DNA of 64,000 bases from Candidatus Dadabacteria bacterium (GCA_951812945.1 CATOTB010000006.1:77335-141334), one strand, 5' to 3'. Counted from the first letter of the stretch, positions 16,425 to 26,332 are shown. The notes: generated by a model from the sequence alone, not told the origin. Program-made: numbers and translations.

Positions 16425-18619
16425 TCCGAACTTCCCCTGTCCGCCTTAATCATGTCTACATAGACTTCTCTCGGTTTCCCGGCCGCCCCCTGAGGCCCTA
16501 TGAGGCCTTCTTTTTCCATTACCTCAACGATCCTGGCCGCGCGGTTATATCCTATCTTGAGCCTTCTCTGGATCATCGAAATAGATACCTGCCCGGTTTC
16601 CGCTATTATTCCCAAAGCGGTTTCGTAAAGTTCGTCTTTTTCGTCTTCGCTAACCCCCGAGCTTTCATCGTCTGAGTCGTCTTTGGTTATTTCTTCTATG
16701 TAGACCGGGTTTGCCTGGGATCTTAGAAAATCCGTTACCTGTTTTCTTTCGTCATCGGATATCAGTGCGCCCTGAAGTCTCAAGAGATTGCTTCCACCGG
16801 ATGTGAGAAAAAGCATGTCTCCCTTTCCGAGCAGGGTTTCCGCTCCCCCGGTGTCAAGAATGATTCTTGAATCCACTTTTGAGGACACGAGAAAGGATAT
16901 GCGCGCCGGGAAGTTAGCCTTTATGAGTCCGGCAACCACGTCTGCCGAGGGGCGCTGGGTGGAGACTATTATATGGATTCCCGCGGCCCTGGCCTTTTGC
17001 GCGAGCCTTATTATCGAGTCCTTAACGTCGGCCGGGGAAACCATCATCAGGTCGGCAAGCTCATCTATGATAACGACTATGTAGGGAAGCCATCTGAGCT
17101 GTTTTTCCTCGATCTCAAGTGTCTCAAGTTTCTTGTTGTAGCTGTCTATGTCCCTTACCCCTTCTTCGGAGAGCATGCTGTATCTGGAATCCATTTCCTC
17201 AACCAGCCACCTAAGGGCTGCCACGGCTTTTTTCGATTCGGTGACCACCGGGTGGAGCAGGTGGGGAATATCTTCGTATATGGAGAGCTCGAGCATCTTC
17301 GGGTCTATCATTATCAGTTTGAGTTCGTAGGGAGTGGCCCTGTAGAGCAGGCTTGTGATCGCGGCGTTCAGCAGCACGCTTTTTCCCGAACCCGTTGTGC
17401 CGGCGATCATGAGATGCGGGGCGGTCTGAAGGTCCATGTAACGCGGTTTCCCGGATATGTCTTTCCCGAGGGCGATGGTAAGCATTGATTTTTGCGCCGT
17501 GAATGAGCTGCTCTCGAAGAGTTCCCGCAGCACCACGATCTCCCTGCTTTCGTTCGGCACCTCTATTCCGACCACGTCTTTTCCCGGTATTGGGGCTATG
17601 ATTCTTATGCTCAGCGCCTTAAGACCCATTGCCAGATCGCCTTCAAGAGACGATATCCTGTTTATTTTTATCCCCGGGGCGGGTTTATACTCAAACATCG
17701 TGATAACCGGGCCGGGCCGTATTTCCATGACCTTTCCGGTCACTCCGAAGTCCGCGAGCTTTTCCTCGATCAATGTGGCCTTCTGGTACATGGCTTCTTT
17801 GTCTATCTCTACTGACGTATCGATTTTCGGGTCAAGCAGATCAACGGGAGGGAGGGAGAAGTCAAGCCATCTGCTTTCAGGCACCGGGGGTTCCGCCTCG
17901 GCTTTTTTATCGGGGGCGGGAGGAGTGAACACTATCTGCGGTTCTGCGTCGGGTTCTTGCTTCTGCGCCGCAGCCGGGGCTTTTGCCGCGCGAGGGGGCG
18001 CCTTCGGTGCGTCTTGCTTCTTTTTTCCTCGGGTGCCCCTTCGTGCGGCGGTGCGTCTTAGCGCCCCGATCGGTGCAAAAACTCCTTTCAGAGCGCCTGA
18101 GAAGAGCAAGCGAACAATCTGCATTACGCGGGTAATCTTGGTTTCCGTCGTTATTACCACGGAGAGGAATATGACGATTATAGCGATAATGTACGTTCCC
18201 AGGGTTCCCAGGATGTTCTGGGCAAATTCCCGGGAGACTGCCAGTCCCAGCCATCCGCCAGCCGGCGAGTAGCCCAGAAGGGAACTTTTTCCGTAAGCAA
18301 GTCCGAGCAGGGTGGCTGAGGAGAGAAGGAAGATAATTGTGGAGAAAAGCTTCCAGTATATCTTCTCGGCGGGCTGTTTTCTCAGGATCACGTATGACGC
18401 GTAGAACATCAGCACGGGAAATACGAAGGAAAGCGTGCCGAAGGAACTTCCAAGAGAATGCGACACGTAAAGTCCCGCATTCCCCATTGCGCCTTCCGCG
18501 TCAATTTCAAGCAGGTTGCTTGAGACCAGAAGACTTATGAAGGTGAATACTCCGAGGGCGAAAAAGAAAACCGCCATTACGTCTACGAATACGCCTTGAG
18601 TGTCCTTGCCTTTCTGCAT
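16421..18619 (-). CDS. ftsK: DNA translocase FtsK
   Basis: 732 aa. N-terminal TM segments, a Pro/Ala-rich linker, and a C-terminal motor with the Walker A GTTGSGKSVLLNA. Confidence 0.9.
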   Translation of the reverse strand: MQKGKDTQGVFVDVMAVFFFALGVFTFISLLVSSNLLEIDAEGAMGNAGLYVSHSLGSSFGTLSFVFPVLMFYASYVILRKQPAEKIYWKLFSTIIFLLSSATLLGLAYGKSSLLGYSPAGGWLGLAVSREFAQNILGTLGTYIIAIIVIFLSVVITTETKITRVMQIVRLLFSGALKGVFAPIGALRRTAARRGTRGKKKQDAPKAPPRAAKAPAAAQKQEPDAEPQIVFTPPAPDKKAEAEPPVPESRWLDFSLPPVDLLDPKIDTSVEIDKEAMYQKATLIEEKLADFGVTGKVMEIRPGPVITMFEYKPAPGIKINRISSLEGDLAMGLKALSIRIIAPIPGKDVVGIEVPNESREIVVLRELFESSSFTAQKSMLTIALGKDISGKPRYMDLQTAPHLMIAGTTGSGKSVLLNAAITSLLYRATPYELKLIMIDPKMLELSIYEDIPHLLHPVVTESKKAVAALRWLVEEMDSRYSMLSEEGVRDIDSYNKKLETLEIEEKQLRWLPYIVVIIDELADLMMVSPADVKDSIIRLAQKARAAGIHIIVSTQRPSADVVAGLIKANFPARISFLVSSKVDSRIILDTGGAETLLGKGDMLFLTSGGSNLLRLQGALISDDERKQVTDFLRSQANPVYIEEITKDDSDDESSGVSEDEKDELYETALGIIAETGQVSISMIQRRLKIGYNRAARIVEVMEKEGLIGPQGAAGKPREVYVDMIKADRGSSD

Positions 18620-18679
18620 TTCTTAAATTCTGAAATAAAAACCCTCAGCGTCCGAGCTAGAGGGAAAATTCCCCGCCAT

Positions 18680-20137
18680 CTAAAAGGCGATCACGGCTAG
18701 AAGCGTATTTGAGGCCTGAGCCGCCAGATCCCATGACAACAAAGGAAATATACCGAAAAAAACAGTGACTGCGGTAAGCACGGCGATTGTAGCTCCCGAA
18801 AGCGGCTTGTTCGCGCTTGCTCCGTAACTGTCTTCCTTCATAAACGCGCAGACAAGCACCTTGAGGTAGTAGTACGCGGAGATTACGCTTGCTATTATTC
18901 CTATCACCGCAAGCGGCGTCAGATTAGCGTCAACTGCGGCTAAAAACACCCTGTATTTTCCGAAAAATCCTATAGTCGGCGGAATTCCCGCAAGCGAGAA
19001 CATAAATACTCCAAGCGCGAGCGATGTTGCCGGTTTTCTACTCCATAGTCCCGATATCCTCTCGAAAGTGTCGCAGTCGCTATCCTCCCTGCTCACGTAG
19101 GCGAGGATTCCGAAAGCCCCGAGGTTCATGAAAGTATAGGCAAACAGATAGTAAAGAACGCTTCCGCTTCCGACCGAAGCGTCAGAAAGGACTGCAGCCA
19201 CTCCGACAAGGGCGTATCCCGCGTGCGCCACGCTTGAGTAGGCAAGCATTCTCTTTATGCTTTTTTGATATATGGCGGCTATGTTTCCCACTATCATGGT
19301 CAGCACCGCCGCGATCTGTACAGCGGCCATCATGTAGCCCTCAAACGCAGAACCGGAGTCGAGAAATATTCTCAGCAGCAGTACAAAGGCCGCCGCTTTT
19401 ACCGCCACGGACATATATCCCGTAACTGTGAGAGGAGCGCCCTCGTAGATGTCCGGTACCCACTGGTGAAGCGGCACGGCTCCTATTTTGAATATGACTC
19501 CCGCCGCCACGAAAGCGGCTCCGCAGACATACATCGGGAGATTTGCCGGATTTGCGAAAATTTCCTCTAGAAAAGTGGAACCGGTAGCCCCGTAGAGAAG
19601 TGCGATTCCGAAAAGCAGTACCGCGGAAGAAAATCCCCCCAGAACAAGATACTTTACGCCTGATTCCGTCGAGTCGAGGGATCTGCTTCTGAACCCCGAG
19701 AGTATGTAGACGGCGATTGACATGATTTCGAACCCAACGAAAAGCGTCATGAGTTCAACTGAGGATGCGAGAATCATCATCCCGCTCGTGCAGAAAAGCA
19801 CAAGCGCGTAGAACTCCTCAAGCCACTGTGTGCGTTTCTCAAGGTGGTCTTTTGAAAAAAGAATCGTCGCAAGCGCCGCCAGGAGGAAAAGGGAGTTGAA
19901 ATAGGCGGAGAAGGAATCGATCACAAGTGCGCCGGAAAACGCGGAGCTTTCGCCGGAGAATCTGGCGAAGTTAAGGATGAGGGAGAGTACGGTGCCCGCA
20001 ATCGCGAGGAGAAAAAGCGACCCGGTCCATCTTTTTTTCAGAATCGGGGCGCAGATAAGTATGAGCAGGGCGGCTAGTATAAGTATGCACTCGGGGAGGA
20101 TTGCCAGCGTACTTTCAAATAGAACCTGGACATTCAT
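18680..20137 (-). CDS. nuoN: NADH-quinone oxidoreductase subunit N (NuoN/Mrp antiporter-like)
   Basis: 485 aa polytopic membrane protein with the NuoN-type conserved TM organisation. Confidence 0.75.
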   Translation of the reverse strand: MNVQVLFESTLAILPECILILAALLILICAPILKKRWTGSLFLLAIAGTVLSLILNFARFSGESSAFSGALVIDSFSAYFNSLFLLAALATILFSKDHLEKRTQWLEEFYALVLFCTSGMMILASSVELMTLFVGFEIMSIAVYILSGFRSRSLDSTESGVKYLVLGGFSSAVLLFGIALLYGATGSTFLEEIFANPANLPMYVCGAAFVAAGVIFKIGAVPLHQWVPDIYEGAPLTVTGYMSVAVKAAAFVLLLRIFLDSGSAFEGYMMAAVQIAAVLTMIVGNIAAIYQKSIKRMLAYSSVAHAGYALVGVAAVLSDASVGSGSVLYYLFAYTFMNLGAFGILAYVSREDSDCDTFERISGLWSRKPATSLALGVFMFSLAGIPPTIGFFGKYRVFLAAVDANLTPLAVIGIIASVISAYYYLKVLVCAFMKEDSYGASANKPLSGATIAVLTAVTVFFGIFPLLSWDLAAQASNTLLAVIAF

Positions 20138-20197
20138 AGCTTGATCTCTCCCGGCGTGTACGGCCTTTTCCTGGTTTCAGCTGTTTTCTTCATCACT

Positions 20198-20683
20198 TCA
20201 ATCGGAGTCTTTAACCACTTCGAACTTTCTTTCTTCAAACTGGAAGTCCTGCTCGTCAATGTACCATATTCTCGCGTCGGCTAGCTTCCCGCTGGTTACC
20301 GAGAAAATTATATACGCCCATCCAGGTGACGCCACCTGTCTGTCTGTTTCCGAAGGTACCGAAGGGTGGTCCGGGTGCGAGTGGTATATGCCGAGGATCT
20401 CGAGACCGTTTTCCCTTGCCCACGAATCCGCTTCTATGTAGGAACGCGGGTCAAGCTCGAAACGGTCTTTTAACCTGTTGCTGTCAATATTCCCTGTTTC
20501 CTTAAACGCCGTTTCGGATCTGTCGTCGGCGACCAGGTTGGCGCATTTGCGAAAGTGAGTAACGGTATCTTTTTCTCCGATCATCACGCCGCAAACTTCG
20601 TAAGGGTAGCCGGATTCGGCATCCCGTGTCATGCCCAGATAAGCCGATTTATATATTTTTAGGGAATTATGTATTTTTACCAC
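20198..20683 (-). CDS. JAMM/MPN+ metalloprotease, Mec+-like
   Basis: 161 aa. JAMM motif GIYHSHPDHPSVPSETD (HxHx7Sx2D). Overlaps cysM by 7 nt. Confidence 0.75.
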   Translation of the reverse strand: MVKIHNSLKIYKSAYLGMTRDAESGYPYEVCGVMIGEKDTVTHFRKCANLVADDRSETAFKETGNIDSNRLKDRFELDPRSYIEADSWARENGLEILGIYHSHPDHPSVPSETDRQVASPGWAYIIFSVTSGKLADARIWYIDEQDFQFEERKFEVVKDSD

Positions 20684-21618
20684 CAGAGTCTTTCACTCAG
20701 GTACCTTCTGCCCGAGTCGGGAAGAACCGTTACCAGAACTCCTTCTTTCAGTTTTTTAGCGTATTCAAGCATTACGCAGACCGCGGCACCTCCCGAGTGA
20801 CCAACGAATATTCCCTCGGTCTCCATCAGCCGTTCCATCATTTCATACGCTTTCTCAGTCGAGATGAAGACGACTTCGTCGGCCGCCTCCTCGTTGTATA
20901 GGCCGGGAACTATTGAAGTAGGCATGTGTTTCATGCCCTCGAGTCCGTGGAGACTTTCCTCGGGTTGGATCGCGATTGTCTTTATGTCGGGGTTGTACTC
21001 TTTAAGTCTTTTCCCGGTTCCCATGAAGGTTCCCGATGTGCCGAGTCCCGCGAGAAAATGGGTCACGGCACCCTTTGTCTGTTCCCAGATCTCAGGCGCC
21101 GTAGTCTCGTAGTGGGCGAGGGTGTTATTGATGTTGTTGTACTGGTCCGGCATGAAATATCTGTCGGGGTTATCCGCTTTTAGCTTGTGAGCCATTCTTA
21201 TTGCTCCGTCTGAACCCTCGAGAGGATTTGAGAAGGTTATTTTCGCTCCGTAGGCTTCGATCGCTTTTTTTCTCTCGGTGTTTACGTTCTCGGGCGTTAC
21301 GATTTCAACCTCGTACCCAAGCGCGGCTCCCAGCATCGCGTATGCGATCGCGGTGTTCCCGGAAGAGGAGTCCATAATAACCTTGTTTTTTGTGAGTTCG
21401 CCTGAGCGTATGGCTTCCAGGATCATTCTGCGGGCGGGGCGGTCTTTTATTGAACCTCCGGGGTTAAACCACTCGGCCTTCGCGTAAATCCTGACTCCCG
21501 GGGGGCATTCCTTTGCGGTTTCGGAAAGTTCCAAAAGAGGGGTGTTGCCTATAAGGTCAACCACCGATTCGACTCTTGAACCTCTGGCAGCGGAGGTTCC
21601 GGCTTCGGATCTATGCAT
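20677..21618 (-). CDS. cysM: Cysteine synthase, CysM/CysK family (PLP-dependent)
   Basis: 313 aa. PLP lysine motif GSIKDRPA and the glycine-rich SSGNTAIAYAMLGA. Confidence 0.85.
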   Translation of the reverse strand: MHRSEAGTSAARGSRVESVVDLIGNTPLLELSETAKECPPGVRIYAKAEWFNPGGSIKDRPARRMILEAIRSGELTKNKVIMDSSSGNTAIAYAMLGAALGYEVEIVTPENVNTERKKAIEAYGAKITFSNPLEGSDGAIRMAHKLKADNPDRYFMPDQYNNINNTLAHYETTAPEIWEQTKGAVTHFLAGLGTSGTFMGTGKRLKEYNPDIKTIAIQPEESLHGLEGMKHMPTSIVPGLYNEEAADEVVFISTEKAYEMMERLMETEGIFVGHSGGAAVCVMLEYAKKLKEGVLVTVLPDSGRRYLSERLWW

Positions 21619-21857
21619 TAGCAGCGCTCGATGATTACCTTGTGGTAGCGGCCTTCTTCTTGTACTATGGCCAGGACCTTGTGACCTTCCTGTTCCACGC
21701 TTCTCGGGAGGTTGGAAAGAGGCTCTCCCTCGCAGAGCCTGACTTCAAGGACCTCACCGCGTTCCATTCTCTCAAGCTTAAGTTTGGTTTTTACAAACGT
21801 CATCGGACAGATGTAGCCCGTTATGTCTATTTTTTCCTTGCTCTGCGTATCGTCCAT
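21618..21857 (-). CDS. TusA-like sulfur carrier/sulfurtransferase
   Basis: 79 aa. GYICPMTF, a CPxP-like TusA motif. The stop overlaps the cysM start. Confidence 0.6.
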   Translation of the reverse strand: MDDTQSKEKIDITGYICPMTFVKTKLKLERMERGEVLEVRLCEGEPLSNLPRSVEQEGHKVLAIVQEEGRYHKVIIERC

Positions 21858-21914
21858 GTTAAAAACCTCTCGGCGCGCAATCTCCCGTTAAGACTAACAC
21901 AGTCCGCATTTTAC

Positions 21915-22628
21915 TCAAACCGCTTTTCCGTCGGCATTCCGGGACTTTATCCACGATATTACGGATTCGAACATTTTCCTGCCGTCCTCTGAACCCAGCA
22001 GGCTCTCGAAACTGCGCTCGGGGTGAGGCATCATGCCGAGCACGTTGCCTCGGCTGTTTGCGATTCCGGCTATGTTGTCCTCGGCACCGCTTGGATTTGC
22101 TTCGGAGGTCAGTGCTCCTCCATCCCCGCAGTACCGCAAAACTATCCTTCGTCCCTGGGAGCTGTTCCCGTCCGGAGGCAGTACGAAATTGCCCTGGGCG
22201 TTTGCGACCGGGAGCTTCAGCACTTCTCCCTTGCGCAGAGTGCAGGTGAAAGGGGTGTCGGTATCCTCAACCCTCACGCTTGTCCATCTGCAGACGAATT
22301 TCAGGGAAGAGTTGTGTATGAAAGCTCCGGGGAGAAGTCCCGATTCGACCAGGATCTGGAATCCGTTGCATATTCCTATTACGGGGACTCCGAGCCCGGC
22401 AAGTTCCCTAAGCGGGCTTACGACGGGAGAGAACTGCGATATGGCTCCCGCACGAAGATAATCCCCGTAGGAAAACCCTCCCGGTATCACGACGCAGTCA
22501 ATTCCCGCAAGGGAAGTTTCCTCGTGCCATATAAGATCGCAGGGCTGGGCCAGAATTTTCCTTATTGCGTGGTAGCAGTCGTGGTCGCAGTTAGAACCCG
22601 GAAAGAACAGAACTCCAAAATTAGGCAT
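21915..22628 (-). CDS. purQ: Phosphoribosylformylglycinamidine synthase subunit PurQ (glutaminase)
   Basis: 237 aa class I glutamine amidotransferase. Catalytic GICNGFQ plus the His/Glu pair HPE. Confidence 0.85.
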   Translation of the reverse strand: MPNFGVLFFPGSNCDHDCYHAIRKILAQPCDLIWHEETSLAGIDCVVIPGGFSYGDYLRAGAISQFSPVVSPLRELAGLGVPVIGICNGFQILVESGLLPGAFIHNSSLKFVCRWTSVRVEDTDTPFTCTLRKGEVLKLPVANAQGNFVLPPDGNSSQGRRIVLRYCGDGGALTSEANPSGAEDNIAGIANSRGNVLGMMPHPERSFESLLGSEDGRKMFESVISWIKSRNADGKAV

Positions 22629-22629
22629 T

Positions 22630-22884
22630 TTACTTTTCCGCTATTTCTACCGAGAAATCTTCAATTACGGGATTGGAAAGCAGTTTCCGGCACATCTCAT
22701 CCGCTTTGCGGCCTATCTCTTCCGAGGATTCACCTTCCATGGTGAGTTCCACGATTTTTCCTACCCTCGCGTCGGAAACCCCGTTGAATCCAAGACCGCC
22801 AAGAGCGTTAAGCACCGCTTTGCCCTGAGGGTCGAGCACAACGGCCTTAAGCTTGACCTCTATTTTGACCGAAAACTGTTTCAT
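22630..22884 (-). CDS. purS: Phosphoribosylformylglycinamidine synthase subunit PurS
   Basis: ~84 aa starting at MKQFSVKIEVKLKAVVLDPQG. Lies immediately upstream of purQ. Confidence 0.75.
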   Translation of the reverse strand: MKQFSVKIEVKLKAVVLDPQGKAVLNALGGLGFNGVSDARVGKIVELTMEGESSEEIGRKADEMCRKLLSNPVIEDFSVEIAEK

Positions 22885-22921
22885 CTCTTGTTTCCTTGCT
22901 CCGGCGTGGCTTCGCGGGATA

Positions 22922-23785
22922 TTACCCGCGCGAGAGGAGCATGCCAACAATTCTCTCAAGCTCCTCGGGAGAATAGTACTCTATTTCTATTTTCCCTCTT
23001 GTCTTGTTGTGGCTTATCCTTACTTTGGTTGAGAATTTTCCGGCAAGTTCTTCGGTAAGTTCTCTGGTGAAAATATCTTCCTCGACCTCAATTTTCCCCG
23101 CGGTGAGCTCGGTGGGCAACTGAGCGCTTCCGGCTTCCTTCTTTACAAGCGCTTCGGTTCTCCTTACCGTGAGATCTTTTTTAAGCACTTCGCCGAGAAG
23201 GAAGTCCATCTCCTTGAAGGAGGGGGCGGTGAGAAGCGCTCTTGCGTGCCCCGCGGTTATTGAGCCCGAGACAAGGGCTTCCTTCGCCTTCTCTGAAAGC
23301 CTGAGAAGCCTCAGCTGGTTTGTTATGACCGAGCGGTTTTTTCCCGTCCTCTTTGCTATTTCCTCGTGGGTAAGCCCGAAGCGCTCCGCGAGCTTTTCAT
23401 AGGCTTCCGCCTCCTCGATGGGGTTCAGGTCCTCTCTCTGTATGTTCTCTATTAGCGTGAGTTCCGCCACGTCCTGATCGGTGGCGGTCCTTATTACGAC
23501 GGGCAGTTTCTCCAGTTTCGCTATTTTCGCCGCTCTCCACCTGCGTTCCCCGGCCACTATTTCGAAGCCGCCGTTTTCTTTGCGTACGACAAGTGGCTGT
23601 ATGACTCCGTTTTCCCTTATGGATTCTGCGAGTTCCTCAAGGGCGCCCTGCTCGAAGTGCTTTCTCGGCTGCGATGCGTTCGGCTTCAGCAGGTCCGTGT
23701 TTACCATCCTGTACCCTTCGGATTCTTCGTCCGGACTCTTCGGGATAAGCGAGTCAAGTCCCCTTCCCAGACCTCGTCTCTTCAC
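22922..23785 (-). CDS. parB: Chromosome partitioning protein ParB
   Basis: 287 aa. ParB box GVIQPLVVR...IVAGERRWRAA. Confidence 0.85.
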   Translation of the reverse strand: MKRRGLGRGLDSLIPKSPDEESEGYRMVNTDLLKPNASQPRKHFEQGALEELAESIRENGVIQPLVVRKENGGFEIVAGERRWRAAKIAKLEKLPVVIRTATDQDVAELTLIENIQREDLNPIEEAEAYEKLAERFGLTHEEIAKRTGKNRSVITNQLRLLRLSEKAKEALVSGSITAGHARALLTAPSFKEMDFLLGEVLKKDLTVRRTEALVKKEAGSAQLPTELTAGKIEVEEDIFTRELTEELAGKFSTKVRISHNKTRGKIEIEYYSPEELERIVGMLLSRG

Positions 23786-23786
23786 G

Positions 23787-24569
23787 TCAGTTAACCTCCG
23801 CTGTTATTATTTCATTTGCGAGTTTCATGTAGTTCTGCGCCCCGGTCGACTTTATTTCGTAAAGCAGAAGGGGTTTTCCATGGCTTGGCGCTTCAGCGAG
23901 CTTCACGTTTCTGCTTATCACGGTGTCAAAGGTTTCTTCGCCGAAGTGGTTTCTTACTTCCTCGGCCACGGAGTGACATATGTTGTTTCGGGAATCGAAC
24001 ATGGTAAGAAGATAGCCTTCCACCTCAAGCGAGGGGTTCAGTCTCTGCTTGGCAAGCGATATGGTCGTCTGCAGTTGGACTATTCCTTCAAGCGCGTAGT
24101 ATTCGCACTGGACGGGTATGAGCACCCTGTCGGCCGCGGCAAGCGCGTTTATGGTGAGCAGGCTTAGCGACGGGGGAGCGTCTATGAATACGTAATCGTA
24201 GTCGGCTCTTACCTCGTCAATGACCTTTTTTAAACGATACTCCCTGCTCTCCGTCTCTATAAGATGTATCTCGGCCCCGGTGAGCTCGTGATTCGCCGGA
24301 CACAGGTGCAGATGACCGTTTAGAAGCTCCGGGTAGATGTCGATTATGGTGTCCGCGAGCCTTGTTTCTCCCAGTATGACGCTGCAGATGTTCTTTGAGT
24401 TGACGGATTCCTTGTCAACTCCGAGCCCTCCGGTCGCGTTTCCCTGCGAGTCAAGATCTACTAGAAGCGTGCGGCGGTTTGCCACAGCCAGAGAGGCCGA
24501 AAGGTTTACTGCGGTTGTGGTTTTACCGACTCCCCCTTTCTGATTTACCACGCATATTACTTTTGACAT
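23787..24569 (-). CDS. parA: Chromosome partitioning ATPase ParA/Soj
   Basis: 260 aa. Deviant Walker A NQKGGVGKTTTAVNL. Confidence 0.9.
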   Translation of the reverse strand: MSKVICVVNQKGGVGKTTTAVNLSASLAVANRRTLLVDLDSQGNATGGLGVDKESVNSKNICSVILGETRLADTIIDIYPELLNGHLHLCPANHELTGAEIHLIETESREYRLKKVIDEVRADYDYVFIDAPPSLSLLTINALAAADRVLIPVQCEYYALEGIVQLQTTISLAKQRLNPSLEVEGYLLTMFDSRNNICHSVAEEVRNHFGEETFDTVISRNVKLAEAPSHGKPLLLYEIKSTGAQNYMKLANEIITAEVN

Positions 24570-24665
24570 TTGGTGATTAAAGAATGATAAACTTGCAGGT
24601 GTTATCAGTCAAATAAGTCTTGTCCCGGAACCGGGCCCGCGCGGACGGTTCCCGGAGGATTAACC

Positions 24666-25121
24666 TTGATAAACAGGATATGCACTGTTTTTTCAACTTT
24701 TTTCGGGGTGGGATACGTACCTGGAGCCCCTGGAACTGCGGGAACTCTGGCGGCGGTCGGAGTCGTATATCTGCTCAGTCTCGCAGGCGGCACAATTCTC
24801 TTCTCGGTACTCACTCTGGGACTGATTATCATCTCTTTTGCAACTGCGGGCCGTTGCGCGTCTATTCTCGGGAGGGAAGACCCGCCTGAGGTCGTCATTG
24901 ATGAAGTATGCGGATTTTTGGTATGTATGCTTTTTGTCCCATTAAATCCCATTAACCTCGCACTCGGTTTTTTCCTGTTCAGGTTTTTCGATATAGCGAA
25001 GCCGTTTCCGATACGAAGAGTCGAGAGACTTCCTGGTGGGTACGGTATCGTTATGGATGACGTTTTAGCCGGAGTGTACGGCAACCTGTGTCTTCAGGCG
25101 TTTGTTCTTCTTTCCGGTTGA
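24666..25121 (+). CDS. pgpA: Phosphatidylglycerophosphatase A
   Basis: 151 aa. PgpA family pattern GVGYVPGAPGTAGTL...DEVCGF...FDIAKPFPIRRVERLPGGYGIVMDDVLAGVY. Confidence 0.8.
   Translation: MINRICTVFSTFFGVGYVPGAPGTAGTLAAVGVVYLLSLAGGTILFSVLTLGLIIISFATAGRCASILGREDPPEVVIDEVCGFLVCMLFVPLNPINLALGFFLFRFFDIAKPFPIRRVERLPGGYGIVMDDVLAGVYGNLCLQAFVLLSG
25011..25121 (+). repeat. Direct repeat copy 1: the 3' end of pgpA
   Basis: ~108 bp, roughly 85% identical to 26225-26332 by eye. Confidence 0.85.
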
Positions 25122-25421
25122 GATTACCGAGCGATCTGTGTTGAGATGGCTGCGATGGAGACATTCACTAAAGATGCCCTCATGCTTTTGTGGATTGGCA
25201 CATTAATTGATTATGTAGATTGATCTAGAAAGCGGCTTTGGAGTGCCTGATTTTCAGATTTGTAAGGGTTAGGCAAGTCAATCTATCCACACCCTTAATT
25301 AACATTTCTTGCCTGAACAGTAAATCTCTGGGCGATATGTAGATTTTTGCTCTACCTAACTCTTGCAAAGTCAGTTTAAAGAAAACCTCAATCCTGCCCA
25401 TGTTTAAGACATTATTCCATA

Positions 25422-26063
25422 TTACTCTTTTTCTTTTCTAATTTGTTTTGAATTAGATACTTTTTCAGCTAATTCTTCTAGGCTACGGCTTAATGCTTTT
25501 TGGTAAGCTTTGCCGAAAATCTTTCCAATATTTCCACAAAAAGCACCACTGCCACCCTCACTATGTCCTCGTCCACCTGCGGTTGTCCCAAGTAACTTTT
25601 CTCCTGTCTGTCCTCTAGCGTCTATTCCGAGGACAATTTCTGCTTCTCCTCTACATTTATCACTCCAGAAACCAGCGCGACACTCTACAAGTGGAAGAAA
25701 ATGGTCAAGACTAATTAAAACATAACCAGATATATTTTCCCTTTTCATATCATCTATGGTTGGATTGGTTTTCCTTATCGTAACTTCCTCAAATATGTTT
25801 TTGGTCGTATTTGTTAAAGATACTTGTATTGAATCCCCAGAATCGAATGCGACACTATGAGTACTACACACAAAACTACTTACCTCTATATCTCTTGAAA
25901 AGATGGTCGACCCTTCATCTATAACAACTGCCCAGTCACCTTTAATTTTCTCTGAATAGGAAGATCGTAGCTTAACTGCAGTTGCTGCGGGTCCAGTAAC
26001 TTTGTGTGCACAACCCGTTACGAAAATTACAATTGTCAAAATAATTGCGCTAGCATATTTCAT
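25422..26063 (-). CDS. Hypothetical lipoprotein in an AT-rich insert
   Basis: ~213 aa starting at MKYASAIILTIVIFVTGC (a lipobox). The surrounding ~1.1 kb is markedly AT-rich (estimated below 40% GC), unlike its flanks. Confidence 0.5.
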   Translation of the reverse strand: MKYASAIILTIVIFVTGCAHKVTGPAATAVKLRSSYSEKIKGDWAVVIDEGSTIFSRDIEVSSFVCSTHSVAFDSGDSIQVSLTNTTKNIFEEVTIRKTNPTIDDMKRENISGYVLISLDHFLPLVECRAGFWSDKCRGEAEIVLGIDARGQTGEKLLGTTAGGRGHSEGGSGAFCGNIGKIFGKAYQKALSRSLEELAEKVSNSKQIRKEKE

Positions 26064-26224
26064 AAGTGCCTCCAGTGTAATCCTGTACATCAACTACTTC
26101 GTCTGCAATTCTTTCCCGTGCCGTTTTTCCCAATTGAACTTGCAAGTTTTTGAATAACCGATAAGTCCTAAATATTTAGTAGAGGTTGTAATTCTAGACT
26201 CACTTTAAAGTCAAGATGTTTCTT

Positions 26225-26332
26225 ATACGAAGAGTCGAGAGGCTCCCGGGTGGGTACGGTATTGTTATGGATGACCTTCTGGCCGGGGTGTACGCTAACC
26301 TCTGCCTTCAGGTGCTTGTCCGGCTCTATTGA
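26225..26332 (+). repeat. Direct repeat copy 2: a diverged duplicate of the pgpA 3' end, in frame through a stop
   Basis: Encodes ...IRRVERLPGGYGIVMDDLLAGVYANLCLQVLVRLY* versus the genuine pgpA end ...IRRVERLPGGYGIVMDDVLAGVYGNLCLQAFVLLSG*. Confidence 0.85.

Noticed and set aside
16788-18272. Plus-strand ORFs opposite ftsK (16973..17488, 17457..18272)
   Set aside because: Antisense to a well-supported FtsK ORF. Ser/Ile-rich low-complexity translations.
22023-22745. 240-aa plus-strand ORF opposite purQ
   Set aside because: Antisense shadow. purQ has clear glutamine amidotransferase motifs in the minus frame.
23481-24167. 228-aa plus-strand ORF spanning the parB/parA junction
   Set aside because: Antisense to two strongly supported partition genes.
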